Assembly: GCA_963743705.1 (NCBI GenBank) | Contig: CAVUQS010000013.1 | Location: forward strand, 5,415-69,414 | Source of the DNA: Bryobacterales bacterium | GTDB lineage: Bacteria; Acidobacteriota; Terriglobia; Bryobacterales; Bryobacteraceae | Length of the DNA: 64,000 nt | Direction: 5' to 3' | In this document: piece after piece, positions 45,912 through 55,603 of the stretch | How the letters are laid out: every line of letters starts with the position of its first letter | How positions within the stretch are numbered: the first letter of the stretch is position 1 | Position numbers and translations under genes: made by a program | Notes under the pieces: generated by a model | Told to the model about the DNA's origin: nothing | What the model saw: the letters and a program-made list of their open reading frames with translations, nothing else | Databases searched by the model: none

Positions 45912-46586
45912 TCACAGATGGTCTGGCGGTGGCGCCGCGTCGAGCAGACTGACCTGCCCAGAATCCAGGGCGTAATCCGCCGCCACGACCTTGACCGCGT
46001 GCTTCTCCACCGAATCCTTTAGTACCGGTTCGGATCCGCGAACCTGCTGCGCCACGCGTCGCGCGTTTGCAATCACGCAGTTGTGGATTCTGTCCCCCGG
46101 CTCCTTAGCCGACGCTTCGACCGAGGGCCGAATGGCTGCCACCAGCGCGTTAATATGTCCCGCGGCGCTTCCGCCTTCCACAGCGGCGGAAACCGCGCCG
46201 CACTTCTCGTGGCCCAGAACCATGACAAGCTTGACGCCCAGGTGCTCCACCGCATACTCGATGCTGCCCAGAACCGCGTCGTCCACGATGTTCCCCGCCA
46301 CGCGGATCACAAATAGGTCGCCCAGTCCCTCATCGAACAATAGTTCCGGCGAAACCCGGGAGTCGGCGCAGCCGAGGATTACCGCGAAGGGATGCTGCCC
46401 CGCTCGCAGTTCCTGACGGCGAGCCAACGACTGATCCGGGTGCTGTTCCTTATGCCGGACGTAGCGCTGATTCCCCGCCATGAGCTTGGCTAGCGCTTCA
46501 TCCGCCGCCAGGCCCGCTGCGGGCTCCTGAGCCCAAGCGCCGACGCCCGCCAGCAGTAAGACCAAGTAAGACCAGGACCTTCTCAT
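45912..46586 (-). CDS. Beta-class carbonic anhydrase with signal peptide
   Basis: ATG 46586 gives MRRSWSYLVLLLAGVGAWAQ. The zinc-ligand motifs CADSRV and GHEKCGAV are present, plus LGDLFVIRVAGN. Confidence 0.85.
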   Translation of the reverse strand: MRRSWSYLVLLLAGVGAWAQEPAAGLAADEALAKLMAGNQRYVRHKEQHPDQSLARRQELRAGQHPFAVILGCADSRVSPELLFDEGLGDLFVIRVAGNIVDDAVLGSIEYAVEHLGVKLVMVLGHEKCGAVSAAVEGGSAAGHINALVAAIRPSVEASAKEPGDRIHNCVIANARRVAQQVRGSEPVLKDSVEKHAVKVVAADYALDSGQVSLLDAAPPPDHL

Positions 46587-46615
46587 AGATTTGCGGTTCC
46601 TCGCGGACCATGACG

Positions 46616-47935
46616 CTATTTCGAGATCGTCTTCATACCACTCAGCACCTGCAGTTGCTTTTGCACAGCCGCCCACTCGTTTGGCTTTTTCTTGGTTGAG
46701 ATAGGCGCCGCCGGATCGGCGTAGTACGCGATAATGTCCTGCTTCAGGCCGGCTGGAATGGCATCCGCGGGGACCTTTGTGACCCGGGCGAGCAGTCGGG
46801 CATATGTCTTGTCCGTGAGTGGATACCCGCCAGGAACCACCGGTTGTCCGGTATCGAGATCGCGGTCTACCAGCCCAATATCGATCTGCGTTCCCATCAA
46901 TCGTTGCAGGTCAACGGCCAGTGCGGCGGTGGAGAGATTTACGCTCGCGATGTACGCCCGCTCCGTCTCAACGGTTGGACCTTTGATGGCGAGCATCTTG
47001 AGCATCCCAATTTTCGGCAGAATCACGATGAGTCCGACCAGCAGGTGAATGCGGATGCCAGGGTTTCTACGGTAATGCGGCCACCCTTCTTCCTTCGAAA
47101 GTTGGCCAATCCGGCGCTCATATTGTTGGAATTCCGGGCCGGGCGTATCGGCAGGAAACTGTCCTTTGTGCAGCACCGCTTCGGCATACGTGAAATGGGG
47201 CAAAAAGCTCCGGGCGCCGAAGCGAAATGTTTTCATGGCAGGAAATGGCCCTTTTATGATCTCCTGAAGGGGAATTCCGTAGGTTTCATAAAACGCGGCG
47301 GCGAGTTGTTCGCGCGGCACGTCCAAGCCAATCTCACGCACATAGGCCGCCGGCGCCAGGCGTAACTTGGCCGCCTGGTTAGCGTCAAATGCCCACTCCA
47401 CCTGGGAGTGCTGGACCTTCCCCTCCGCATAGTTCACCGATGACCCGTATTTGGCGCGGAGTTTAGGGAACGTGATTGCGACCGATGGGTTGGTTGCCTG
47501 GGAATGTCCAATACTGTCGCCTACATAGTGCGACAACGCGCCGATCGCGAAGGCAAACTCGTCTGCTGTGTGGGCGTGCTGAAAGAGCTTCTGCACGAAA
47601 TCCCCGGTGCGGACATAATGCGTCAGATCCGAGAAGAACGCGTTTGCAAAGGGATAATACCCGAAGTCCTGAACGACGCAGCCGCCATACGCGTACGCAT
47701 GCGCCTCTCTCAGTTGCGCGGCCGTGAGCGAGGGAAAACGTTTTAGCAGAATCGGTACGATGACTGTGTCCCAGGCCTGATCGATCAACTGATGGTGCGT
47801 CAAAAGGCCATATGCTTTGCCGGAAGGAGGCGACGCCATCATGAGCGAAACGCACAGTGCAAGCGGGGCTACCCATCTGCGAATCTTTAGGGCGCGCTTG
47901 GCAGTCATTGAGGGTGTTTCCGCTCGTGTGTGCAC
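46616..47935 (-). CDS. Zinc-dependent phospholipase C-like family protein, exported
   Basis: The GTG at 47935 is preceded by aaggaga. The signal is ALKIRRWVAPLALCVSLMMA. Family-like segments are YGLLTHHQLIDQAW and HYVGDSIGHSQATNP. The family is assigned by resemblance. Confidence 0.55.
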   Translation of the reverse strand: MHTRAETPSMTAKRALKIRRWVAPLALCVSLMMASPPSGKAYGLLTHHQLIDQAWDTVIVPILLKRFPSLTAAQLREAHAYAYGGCVVQDFGYYPFANAFFSDLTHYVRTGDFVQKLFQHAHTADEFAFAIGALSHYVGDSIGHSQATNPSVAITFPKLRAKYGSSVNYAEGKVQHSQVEWAFDANQAAKLRLAPAAYVREIGLDVPREQLAAAFYETYGIPLQEIIKGPFPAMKTFRFGARSFLPHFTYAEAVLHKGQFPADTPGPEFQQYERRIGQLSKEEGWPHYRRNPGIRIHLLVGLIVILPKIGMLKMLAIKGPTVETERAYIASVNLSTAALAVDLQRLMGTQIDIGLVDRDLDTGQPVVPGGYPLTDKTYARLLARVTKVPADAIPAGLKQDIIAYYADPAAPISTKKKPNEWAAVQKQLQVLSGMKTISK

Positions 47936-47990
47936 TCCGTCTCCTTTTGACGCGTCGAATCGGGGCAGCCACGCCGTTTCCTATCCAGCT

Positions 47991-49628
47991 TCAATAGAGT
48001 GCCGTGAAACCGATGGAAAGAACCTGACCCGTGATCTGGCCGATGTAGAAGCCGAAGGTACTGCTCACTGGGGAGTGAGAGACATTAATCAACTGAAGGT
48101 TCATGCGCAAGTTCCTGGTATTCCAAGGGTAGTAGTTACCGCCTACGATGAATTCATGCGGGTGATGCCCGAATTCGCCAAGAACATAGGAAGTCGAAGC
48201 GTATAACTCGATCCGGTTCGGCATCACCATTTGCGACGCCTGAACATAGAAACCGGTATTACGGACGGCACCCACTGGCAGCGGGCCATCAGCAGTAAAA
48301 TGGTCCAGTTTCCGGTAGTAACCCTCGCCCTGGAGCCAAAATCCGTGGTACTTCATTCCAGCGGCCGCGGAGACCAATTGGTAACGCGTCCTTTCTACGG
48401 TTACTCCGCTGGCGAGTGAGCCTGTATCAAATACATTGAGGCTATCCGCCAGGCGAAGGGTGGTATTGGCCGCTGGGTCACCGATGGGCGATTGGCGTTC
48501 CTCGGGACTATAGGTGTAAGCCAGATTGAACCGCGTGGCGACTTTTTCATGGCGTTCGTAGTCGCCGAAAGCGCCGCGCGGCCCAAACTCTCCCGTGGTC
48601 GGCAGCCATGTTATTGCAAACCCACCGGAAAGATCCCGATCGAGCTTGGTGGCCGGCGAGTCCAGGTTGCTGTTGTTATTTCCAATCAACCACCTGTACT
48701 CCAGTCTGGGAACGATGATCCCTTGGGCGAATACGCCCTGCGAGAAATAGGGCCGGAAGAATTCATCCGCCATGACGCGGTCGAAAGATACCCAATATGG
48801 ATGGGAGCCCTGCAAAGACTGCGTGCCGGGATAGGCGTTCCAACCCAGTCCAAGGGTAATGTACTTACTGAAGTTGTAAGTTAGAGCACCGCCAACGGCG
48901 ACCTGATTCGTGTCCTGCACGGTCCAGACGAACGTTTGATATTGAAATTTGGGGCTAAAGAGCCACCCCTGGGCAAATAGCATGACCCTGTGGAATTGAA
49001 AATCCTGGCGGGGCTCTATCGGGATCGGACGCCCCAGATGATCGAGCGCCGATTGGCTTGGGGGCAACTGGTTGAGATACCGTGCGGCCATGTAGCCGCT
49101 GAGATTCAGTTCTCCGTACTCACCCGACCCAACGACGAATCCCCTGCCTGGGTTGAACTCTCCGAACATACTGGGATTGCCGTCGGAGGCTTTCGGGAGC
49201 AGGCTCTTGTCGTCGGCGTTGGCCGGCGTCGTTGCGGACGATTGGTCTGGCGGTTGGCTGACTGGCTTTTGTCCGCTTGCCGCAGCCGACGGGCTTTGTT
49301 GCGGAGCGGTTGGATCGCCTGCCGACGGCTGGCCCTGCGGCCGCTCTACCGGCTGCATTCGATTAGCTTCCGACTGCGCCGGGACCGCAGCGGGCGCCGG
49401 CTTCGAATCGAGCGCCTGGCGGAGCGCGGTAATTTGGTCGATGAGCTGCTGATTCTGCTTTTCCAGTTGGCGGTTCTGCTCCATCAGCCGATCGACGGTT
49501 TTCAGGATGTCCTCGGTCTTCTGTGGTTCGGCTGGAGGAGCAGCGGGTTGCTGAGCCGCCGCGACACGCGCGGCACCCACGACAGCGATCACGATCAAGC
49601 TCAAACGCAGAAACACCGTGTTACCCAT
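47991..49628 (-). CDS. Outer-membrane porin with an N-terminal coiled-coil and a Pro/Gln-rich linker (paralog of 59364..60827)
   Basis: It has a signal, the coiled-coil LKTVDRLMEQNRQLEKQNQQLIDQITALRQALD, a low-complexity PAAP/QP stretch, and a barrel with SPKFQYQTFVWTV ... a C-terminal aromatic residue (TALY). Confidence 0.75.
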   Translation of the reverse strand: MGNTVFLRLSLIVIAVVGAARVAAAQQPAAPPAEPQKTEDILKTVDRLMEQNRQLEKQNQQLIDQITALRQALDSKPAPAAVPAQSEANRMQPVERPQGQPSAGDPTAPQQSPSAAASGQKPVSQPPDQSSATTPANADDKSLLPKASDGNPSMFGEFNPGRGFVVGSGEYGELNLSGYMAARYLNQLPPSQSALDHLGRPIPIEPRQDFQFHRVMLFAQGWLFSPKFQYQTFVWTVQDTNQVAVGGALTYNFSKYITLGLGWNAYPGTQSLQGSHPYWVSFDRVMADEFFRPYFSQGVFAQGIIVPRLEYRWLIGNNNSNLDSPATKLDRDLSGGFAITWLPTTGEFGPRGAFGDYERHEKVATRFNLAYTYSPEERQSPIGDPAANTTLRLADSLNVFDTGSLASGVTVERTRYQLVSAAAGMKYHGFWLQGEGYYRKLDHFTADGPLPVGAVRNTGFYVQASQMVMPNRIELYASTSYVLGEFGHHPHEFIVGGNYYPWNTRNLRMNLQLINVSHSPVSSTFGFYIGQITGQVLSIGFTALY

Positions 49629-49646
49629 GGTTCGCCCCTGACCCGG

Positions 49647-50705
49647 TTATTTGAAGCCGACGGAAGACGGAGAAAAGATGTCGTAGTTCAGCTTGTGGGA
49701 AACGTACTCGATGACTTTTTGCGCTTTGACGCTGTTTCCGGCTTCGTCGAGAGGCGGCGCGAAGACAGCGATGGCCCCTTTGCCGGGAACGACGGCGACG
49801 ATTCCGCCTCCGACGCCGCTCTTGGCAGGCAAGCCGACGCGCCAGGCCCAGCCGCCGGAGCCGTCATAGAGCCCGGCCATGGCCATGGTGCTCAAGATGT
49901 GCGGAATGCTCTCAGCTTTGATGACGCGCTCACCGGTTGCGGGATTGACTCCGTTGTTGGCGAGGGTTGCGCCCATGCGCGCGAGTTGTTCGGCATTTAC
50001 GCCGACCGAGCATTGCTTGGTGTAGATATCGACGGACTCGAACGGGTCCGCGTAAATGCGTTCGTACTTGGCGAGCAGCATGGCAAGGGCTTTATTGCCG
50101 GTGTTAGTCGCCGCTTCCGACTTATACACCTCATCGATGAGCGTCAGCTTTTCGCCGGCGGCTTTGCTGTAGAAAGCGAGGATCTTGTTCCATTTATCGG
50201 CGGCGTTGGCCCCGGAGATGAGGCTTGTCGTGGCGATGGCGCCGGCGTTGACCAGCGGATTGCCGGTGTGAGTGGGCATATCCACGACCGCGTTTGGCGA
50301 GTTGAATGCGCGGCCAGTAGGCTCCGAGCCAATCTTTTCGAAAACCTTGTCAGCGCCCAGTTCTTCCATGGCGAGCGCCAGCGTGTAGACCTTGGAAATC
50401 GACTGAATGGAGAAAGAATATTTGACCTCACCCACGGTAAACGCCTGATTGTCCGTGGTAACAATCGCGATGCCGAATAACTTCGAATCGACATGGGCGA
50501 GATAGGGGATGTAATCGGCATTCTTGCCTTTGGTATCGTTCTGGAACTTGGCGTAGGCATCCTTCACGACGGCCTGGACCATCTCCCGCCGGGGCGCGAC
50601 CGGGCTGACCTTGGCAGTTTGTCCAGCCAAGAAAATGGGATACAGACTTACCGCGACGCATACCGCCGCAAGGAGCGGCAGGACCTGTCTTTGTTTGGCA
50701 ATCAT
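49647..50705 (-). CDS. glsA: Glutaminase A with N-terminal signal/anchor
   Basis: The ATG at 50705 is preceded by gaggag. The signal is MIAKQRQVLPLLAAVCVAVSLYPIFLAGQ. Family motifs are ADYIPYLA, FSIQSISKVYTLALA, LPAKSGVGGGIV. The ORF track start is 50816. Confidence 0.85.
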   Translation of the reverse strand: MIAKQRQVLPLLAAVCVAVSLYPIFLAGQTAKVSPVAPRREMVQAVVKDAYAKFQNDTKGKNADYIPYLAHVDSKLFGIAIVTTDNQAFTVGEVKYSFSIQSISKVYTLALAMEELGADKVFEKIGSEPTGRAFNSPNAVVDMPTHTGNPLVNAGAIATTSLISGANAADKWNKILAFYSKAAGEKLTLIDEVYKSEAATNTGNKALAMLLAKYERIYADPFESVDIYTKQCSVGVNAEQLARMGATLANNGVNPATGERVIKAESIPHILSTMAMAGLYDGSGGWAWRVGLPAKSGVGGGIVAVVPGKGAIAVFAPPLDEAGNSVKAQKVIEYVSHKLNYDIFSPSSVGFK

Positions 50706-50742
50706 ATTGAAACTCCTCGACCGTTGCTTCCGCATTGCGGTC

Positions 50743-52035
50743 TTAGTAGGGAAGTGTTTTGGAAAAATTGAATTTGGCCGAGAACTGCAGCTTATAGTCG
50801 TTGTAGTTGAAACCATCGCTGAAGTTCACGCGCCGCCCGAACTGTACCTCGCCGCCCACCATTACGTGCTTGATCGGGTAATAGAGCAGGTTGCCGAGCG
50901 CATAGTAGCCCTGATGGAAATCCGAAGGCGCTTCCGCGTTGGAGTTCCAGATATTCATGAAGGACATGCCGATACTGCTGCTGAACTTGGGGCTCCACGT
51001 GTGATCGAGGAACGCGACCGTGCCCAAGAGGGGCAAGGGAACGCCTTTGATGGGCGTTCTCGAGTTTGAAAAATTGTTCTGGACCCCGATGTCGATGGGC
51101 GCATCGTTCATGTAGTTCTGGATGCCGGTGCCATAAACCACTTCGAGCTTGCCGGTGTCATTCTTGGTGAATTTCAGATTGGAGCTAAGGCTGAAACCCC
51201 AGCCCCACGCTGCGCCGCTGAGATCGAGCAACGCGGTGCGATTGAGATCGACCCAGGCGATCCTTCTCAAAATGCCTGCAAGCTGTACGTAACCCCACTT
51301 GCGCGCCAGGCGGCCGTGGCCGGAGAAATCGGGCATGTAGAACCGCGGCTTGACGCCCTGGATTTCGATGCGGTCGGAATAGATGCCGCCATCGGAACTG
51401 GCGCCGGGCCGCTCGATAGCGAAGACAACGTTGCTTTCCCCTTTGATGGGCATCCATCGGAACTGGAGATTGCGGAAGAAGACCATGCCGTTGGGTCCCC
51501 AATATTCGAGCGAGTTGGGGAACACGTCGATGTCCATGAAGGGGCTCCAATATTGGCCGGCCCCGAAGTGCCCCAACTCGCCGTAGGCATGGCGCAAGCG
51601 GAAAGTAGTTTGCCCAGCGTCTACGCCGACACCGAAGAGTTCGAACTCGAAGATGGTCTTCAACTCGCCAAATCTTGTCTGGGTGGATGTTTTGACGCCG
51701 AACCTGGTTTGGCGGACGCCGAAGAAGACGTTGCCGCCGGGAGCGAACTCGTTCTTGAAGGCGGGCAACTTGGTGGGACGCATGACGTCGAACCAGAGAG
51801 GATCGATTTGGCCGAAGTCATAACCCGAATCGAGCATGGCATAGCCATAGATTTCCATGTTGTTTTCGGGCTTTGCGGTATCGGGAGGCGGCGTTTGGGG
51901 ATTGCCGGGAGGGGGCGAATCCGGCGGCGCCGTGTCGACGGATTGCGCTCGCGCCGGTTGGGAACCGGCGATCATGATTGCTAAAACGTTTGCACAGAGG
52001 ACTACCTTCCAAGCGATCTTGGAATTCAATCTCAT
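50743..52035 (-). CDS. Outer-membrane porin-like beta-barrel (DcaP-like)
   Basis: The ATG at 52035 is preceded by ggagga. The signal is MRLNSKIAWKVVLCANVLAIMIAGSQPARAQ. Barrel segments are EIYGYAMLDSGYDFG, FFGVRQTRFGVKT, FRLRHAYGELG and a C-terminal ...NFSKTLPY. Confidence 0.7.
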   Translation of the reverse strand: MRLNSKIAWKVVLCANVLAIMIAGSQPARAQSVDTAPPDSPPPGNPQTPPPDTAKPENNMEIYGYAMLDSGYDFGQIDPLWFDVMRPTKLPAFKNEFAPGGNVFFGVRQTRFGVKTSTQTRFGELKTIFEFELFGVGVDAGQTTFRLRHAYGELGHFGAGQYWSPFMDIDVFPNSLEYWGPNGMVFFRNLQFRWMPIKGESNVVFAIERPGASSDGGIYSDRIEIQGVKPRFYMPDFSGHGRLARKWGYVQLAGILRRIAWVDLNRTALLDLSGAAWGWGFSLSSNLKFTKNDTGKLEVVYGTGIQNYMNDAPIDIGVQNNFSNSRTPIKGVPLPLLGTVAFLDHTWSPKFSSSIGMSFMNIWNSNAEAPSDFHQGYYALGNLLYYPIKHVMVGGEVQFGRRVNFSDGFNYNDYKLQFSAKFNFSKTLPY

Positions 52036-52507
52036 GAATTTATCCTCCGGAGCCGTGGAAAGGGGCCCCGTCAATTGTGAACACCCGACGGAAAAGGGTC
52101 CGAGCAAGCCCTATAGGAATCGCCCGCACCTAATGGAAGACGGCAAAGGCCGAATCCATCGTCTGGTCGCTGAGCAAATCCAGCTCGCCAATGGTTACAG
52201 CATTCCAGTTTCACGGCCGGGCAAACCGTGCAATCCTTCGCACGGGGTGGAATGCCGTTATTCGTACTGCCTACGAGCTAGCGCCAATCGCCACATTCAT
52301 GGCAAACGAACGCCTCAGTTCGTACGACTCTAGTTATCGTAATGGGATTCTTTATTTGGGAAGCCAGTACGGCACCGGGGTATGAAGGCCCGTGAACTTA
52401 CAACCAAACACCTCCCGCAGTTGTACCTTTTCCACGGTTGTTCTGTTCACCCTAGGGGAGCCGCCGGCCGACGCGTGCAGTCAGTTTTAAAGCTTATCTA
52501 AATCGAC

Positions 52508-54364
52508 TCACATCGCGGCGCTTGCGCGTTGGCGATCCACTAACTCGATGGTGACGATCAGGGATGTCCCATTCCCCGCATGGCTCGTCAGCTTGATGTT
52601 GCCATGGACGAGCCGCGCACGTTCTTCCATGCTACGGATGCCGAGTCCGCCGCGGCTCAGCGCTTCCTGGAGATCAAACCCAATGCCATTGTCGGAGATC
52701 TTGAGCTGCAGGATTCCGCTTGATTTCGTCAGGGCGATCGACGCTCTGGTAGCGCGCGAGTGTTTGGCGATATTGCGCAGGGACTCCTGCGCAATGCGAT
52801 ACATACACAGGGCGACATCTGAAGCCACCGGCTCCGGGCACTCGGCTTCCACCTCAACCTGTATCGATGCAGCCGCGGCGAACTCCTTACAGTGCGATTT
52901 GAGCGCCGCCACCAGGCCGAAGAGTTCCAGCATGCCGGGGTGAAGCTCATGAGAGATATACCGAAGACCGTCGGACAAGGTCATCAACCGATCCTGAACA
53001 CTTGCCACATTGCCGCGCACGTCCTCCATTGAATTGGGAATGTCGCGCTTGATCTTGCTGAGCGAAATGCCAAGGTCCGCCACCTGTTGGTTCAGGTCGT
53101 CGTGAAGCTGGCGGGCGATCCGCGAGCGTTCCTCCTCTTGCGCGCCGATTAGCTGACCGCTCAGCAAGTGGAGGAAATGCTCCGACTCCTGCAAACGCTC
53201 GTTGCGATCCGCCAGAAGCACTTCGGCCCTCTTCCGGCGGGCGCGATGAATCAAGAGGACCGCGATGAGCACGCTTTCCAGGGCAATAAATGACGACACG
53301 CCCGATATCAAGCCCTTGTGAAGCTGCCAGAGCGACAACTCCCGGTTCAACAGAAAGCTGCCGGGCGGCACGCGATCGAGATCGATATTCCAACGGCGAA
53401 GCTGCCGCGCGTCGAAGACATACGGATACTGAGGCTTGGCTTGTTGAATCGGGATATCCGAGATCTTCTCGCCTTTATAAATCCGGCGAACGATTGCGAG
53501 CGCCATGGCGAAGTGCCGATCATCGTCGTCGGTCGTGGGCCCACCTACAAAACCTTGCCTAGCGGTTAGTCCGTAGACCGGCGCATTGGTATTCCTGGTG
53601 ATCAAATCCAACATTTCCGAGCCGCTCAGCTTTTGGTTGCTCACGTCGCTCGAGATGGCGTGAATGTAGACAATGGTATGGGGCGCCAGATGGTTTAGTT
53701 CCGGTATGAGTTCCAGTAACGGGAGATCGGTCAGATAGCGAAAGCGCAGCCTGTCGGCAAACTGGTCAAGAATTGGCCGATCGTGGCGAAGCCAGTAGCG
53801 GTCGTATTCCGAAGTTCCCGCGATCACGACGACGTCTGTGGTGTCAGGTTGCAATCGGAGGGCGACTTCCAGCGTGCCCCGCACATCGTCAAAATGGCTC
53901 ACCCCGGTAACTCCAGGCGGAAGGCTTAGTCCTTTCAGACGGCTCTGTTCCATCCCCACAAATACAATGGGAGTCTCGCCGAAGATTTGGCGCGCATGTT
54001 TTAGAGCGAAGTCCAATCCCGCAAATCCGGCGGTGAACACCAGGTCTACTTTCTGCGACGCGTATAGCGAACGAAGGTAGCGGACGACGGATTCTTCATG
54101 GTCGGAAGTGGGAAAACGCTGTATGTCCAGGTATTCGGGATAGAACACAAACTCCGGACCGAGCCCGGCGGACTTGATGGCGGTATCGAGAATACGGGCC
54201 CCTTCGATGTTGCTCCCAAAGGGAAAGAGAACCACCACGCGATATTTCTTGAGATTCTGCCCCGGAAGGGGCGACCCAAGCCCTAAAATCCCAATTAGAA
54301 CAGCGCAGACAATGACGAGGCGAGAGATGCGGAACTGTCCGGCCACTCGAAGTCCACGCGGCAC
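52508..54364 (-). CDS. Sensor histidine kinase (HisKA_3/NarL-partner type) with a periplasmic substrate-binding-like domain
   Basis: An N-terminal TM is followed by a ~300-aa extracytoplasmic domain and a second TM. The H-box is EEERSRIARQLHDDLNQQV, the N-box is LRNIAKHS and the G-box is ISDNGIGF. No response regulator is adjacent. Confidence 0.85.
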   Translation of the reverse strand: MPRGLRVAGQFRISRLVIVCAVLIGILGLGSPLPGQNLKKYRVVVLFPFGSNIEGARILDTAIKSAGLGPEFVFYPEYLDIQRFPTSDHEESVVRYLRSLYASQKVDLVFTAGFAGLDFALKHARQIFGETPIVFVGMEQSRLKGLSLPPGVTGVSHFDDVRGTLEVALRLQPDTTDVVVIAGTSEYDRYWLRHDRPILDQFADRLRFRYLTDLPLLELIPELNHLAPHTIVYIHAISSDVSNQKLSGSEMLDLITRNTNAPVYGLTARQGFVGGPTTDDDDRHFAMALAIVRRIYKGEKISDIPIQQAKPQYPYVFDARQLRRWNIDLDRVPPGSFLLNRELSLWQLHKGLISGVSSFIALESVLIAVLLIHRARRKRAEVLLADRNERLQESEHFLHLLSGQLIGAQEEERSRIARQLHDDLNQQVADLGISLSKIKRDIPNSMEDVRGNVASVQDRLMTLSDGLRYISHELHPGMLELFGLVAALKSHCKEFAAAASIQVEVEAECPEPVASDVALCMYRIAQESLRNIAKHSRATRASIALTKSSGILQLKISDNGIGFDLQEALSRGGLGIRSMEERARLVHGNIKLTSHAGNGTSLIVTIELVDRQRASAAM

Positions 54365-54544
54365 ATTGCAAGTTTAGCGCAGGTATCCCGATTCGCTTGC
54401 GCAGTGTTCGATCACGCACGTTACAGCGGTTCCGGTGCGGCCCGACACGCGCAACCGGAGGTATCCGGCTCGGGCGCCCATTGCGGCGTCAGCCTTCCTG
54501 CGCCTACCTGGTCGCTTCGCGCATCCGTGCCGGTACAGGGAATT

Positions 54545-55603
54545 ATGCTTCGCCGGTGCGCCTTCCTGAGCGCTGTAGCCTTGATCGCCGCGCCACTGCT
54601 GGCCCGAGAGAAGAACGACGTGGTCGTCATGGAAAATGGCGATCGCTTGACCGGCGAGATCAAGGGCCTGAGCGCTGGGGTTCTGACGGTCAGCCTGGGT
54701 TACGTGGATGGGAATCTTTCAGTGCAATGGTCGAAGGTGGCGCGCATTGAAAGCAACCAGCTTTTCATCTTGCAGATGCAGGACGGCACGATGCATACCG
54801 GCGCGCTGAGCACCGCGACGCCGCCCTCGGCCGGCAAGCCGGTGACGATTGAACTTGTGGAATCGCCCGACGTCAACGTGCCGATTGAGCGATCGCAAAT
54901 CGTCGTCTTGCGGGAAACAGACGAGAAAATTCTGGACCGGTTAACCGGCGACGTGAACTTCGGGCTGGTCTTTTCCAAGGGAAACGATACAACGCAATAC
55001 ACGCTCGGCTCCGACGTGGAGTATGTGCGGGAACGGTGGGGCGCGGAACTTACTTATAACTCCAACTTATCCGCCAGTACGGGCGCGAATACATCCACGA
55101 GAAATCAGTTGGACGCCGAGGTGTGGCGGCGCTTGCCTTGGAGGAAGTTTTATTACGCCGGGCTGGCCGGCTTTCTGCAAAGCTCTGTGCAGGGGATCAC
55201 TCGGCAAGTCACTCTAGGCGCGGGTCTCGGGTATTTCATTAAGAATACGGATCGCGCGCGCATTTCACTCCTGGGCGGCTTCGCGTGGCAAAACACGAAC
55301 TACCACCCAACCATCATCCCGATCGGCCAGGAAAAGATTTATGGGGCCTTGTTCGCCACGCGCGTGCAATTCTTTTTCTTCAAGAGAACGAACCTGGACA
55401 TTAACGCCTCGGCAGTGCCGGCAATTTCCGATCCAGGCCGCGTTTTCCTTCGTACGAACGCAGCTTACTATCTGAAGCTCTTTGGCCGCTTAACGTTCAA
55501 CCTCTCGTTTTACGGGAACTGGGACACGCGACCGCCCCTCAATTTTCCGGCATCCGACTATGGGTATAGCTCGGGCGTGCAATGGACCTTCGGGTATAAG
55601 TGA
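54545..55603 (+). CDS. DUF481 (YdiY-like) outer-membrane protein
   Basis: ATG 54545 gives MLRRCAFLSAVALIAAPLLA. Segments are DVVVMENGDRLTGEIK, GDVNFGLVFSKGNDTTQYTLGSDVEY and a C-terminal ...GVQWTFGYK. The ORF track start is 54404. Confidence 0.75.
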   Translation: MLRRCAFLSAVALIAAPLLAREKNDVVVMENGDRLTGEIKGLSAGVLTVSLGYVDGNLSVQWSKVARIESNQLFILQMQDGTMHTGALSTATPPSAGKPVTIELVESPDVNVPIERSQIVVLRETDEKILDRLTGDVNFGLVFSKGNDTTQYTLGSDVEYVRERWGAELTYNSNLSASTGANTSTRNQLDAEVWRRLPWRKFYYAGLAGFLQSSVQGITRQVTLGAGLGYFIKNTDRARISLLGGFAWQNTNYHPTIIPIGQEKIYGALFATRVQFFFFKRTNLDINASAVPAISDPGRVFLRTNAAYYLKLFGRLTFNLSFYGNWDTRPPLNFPASDYGYSSGVQWTFGYK

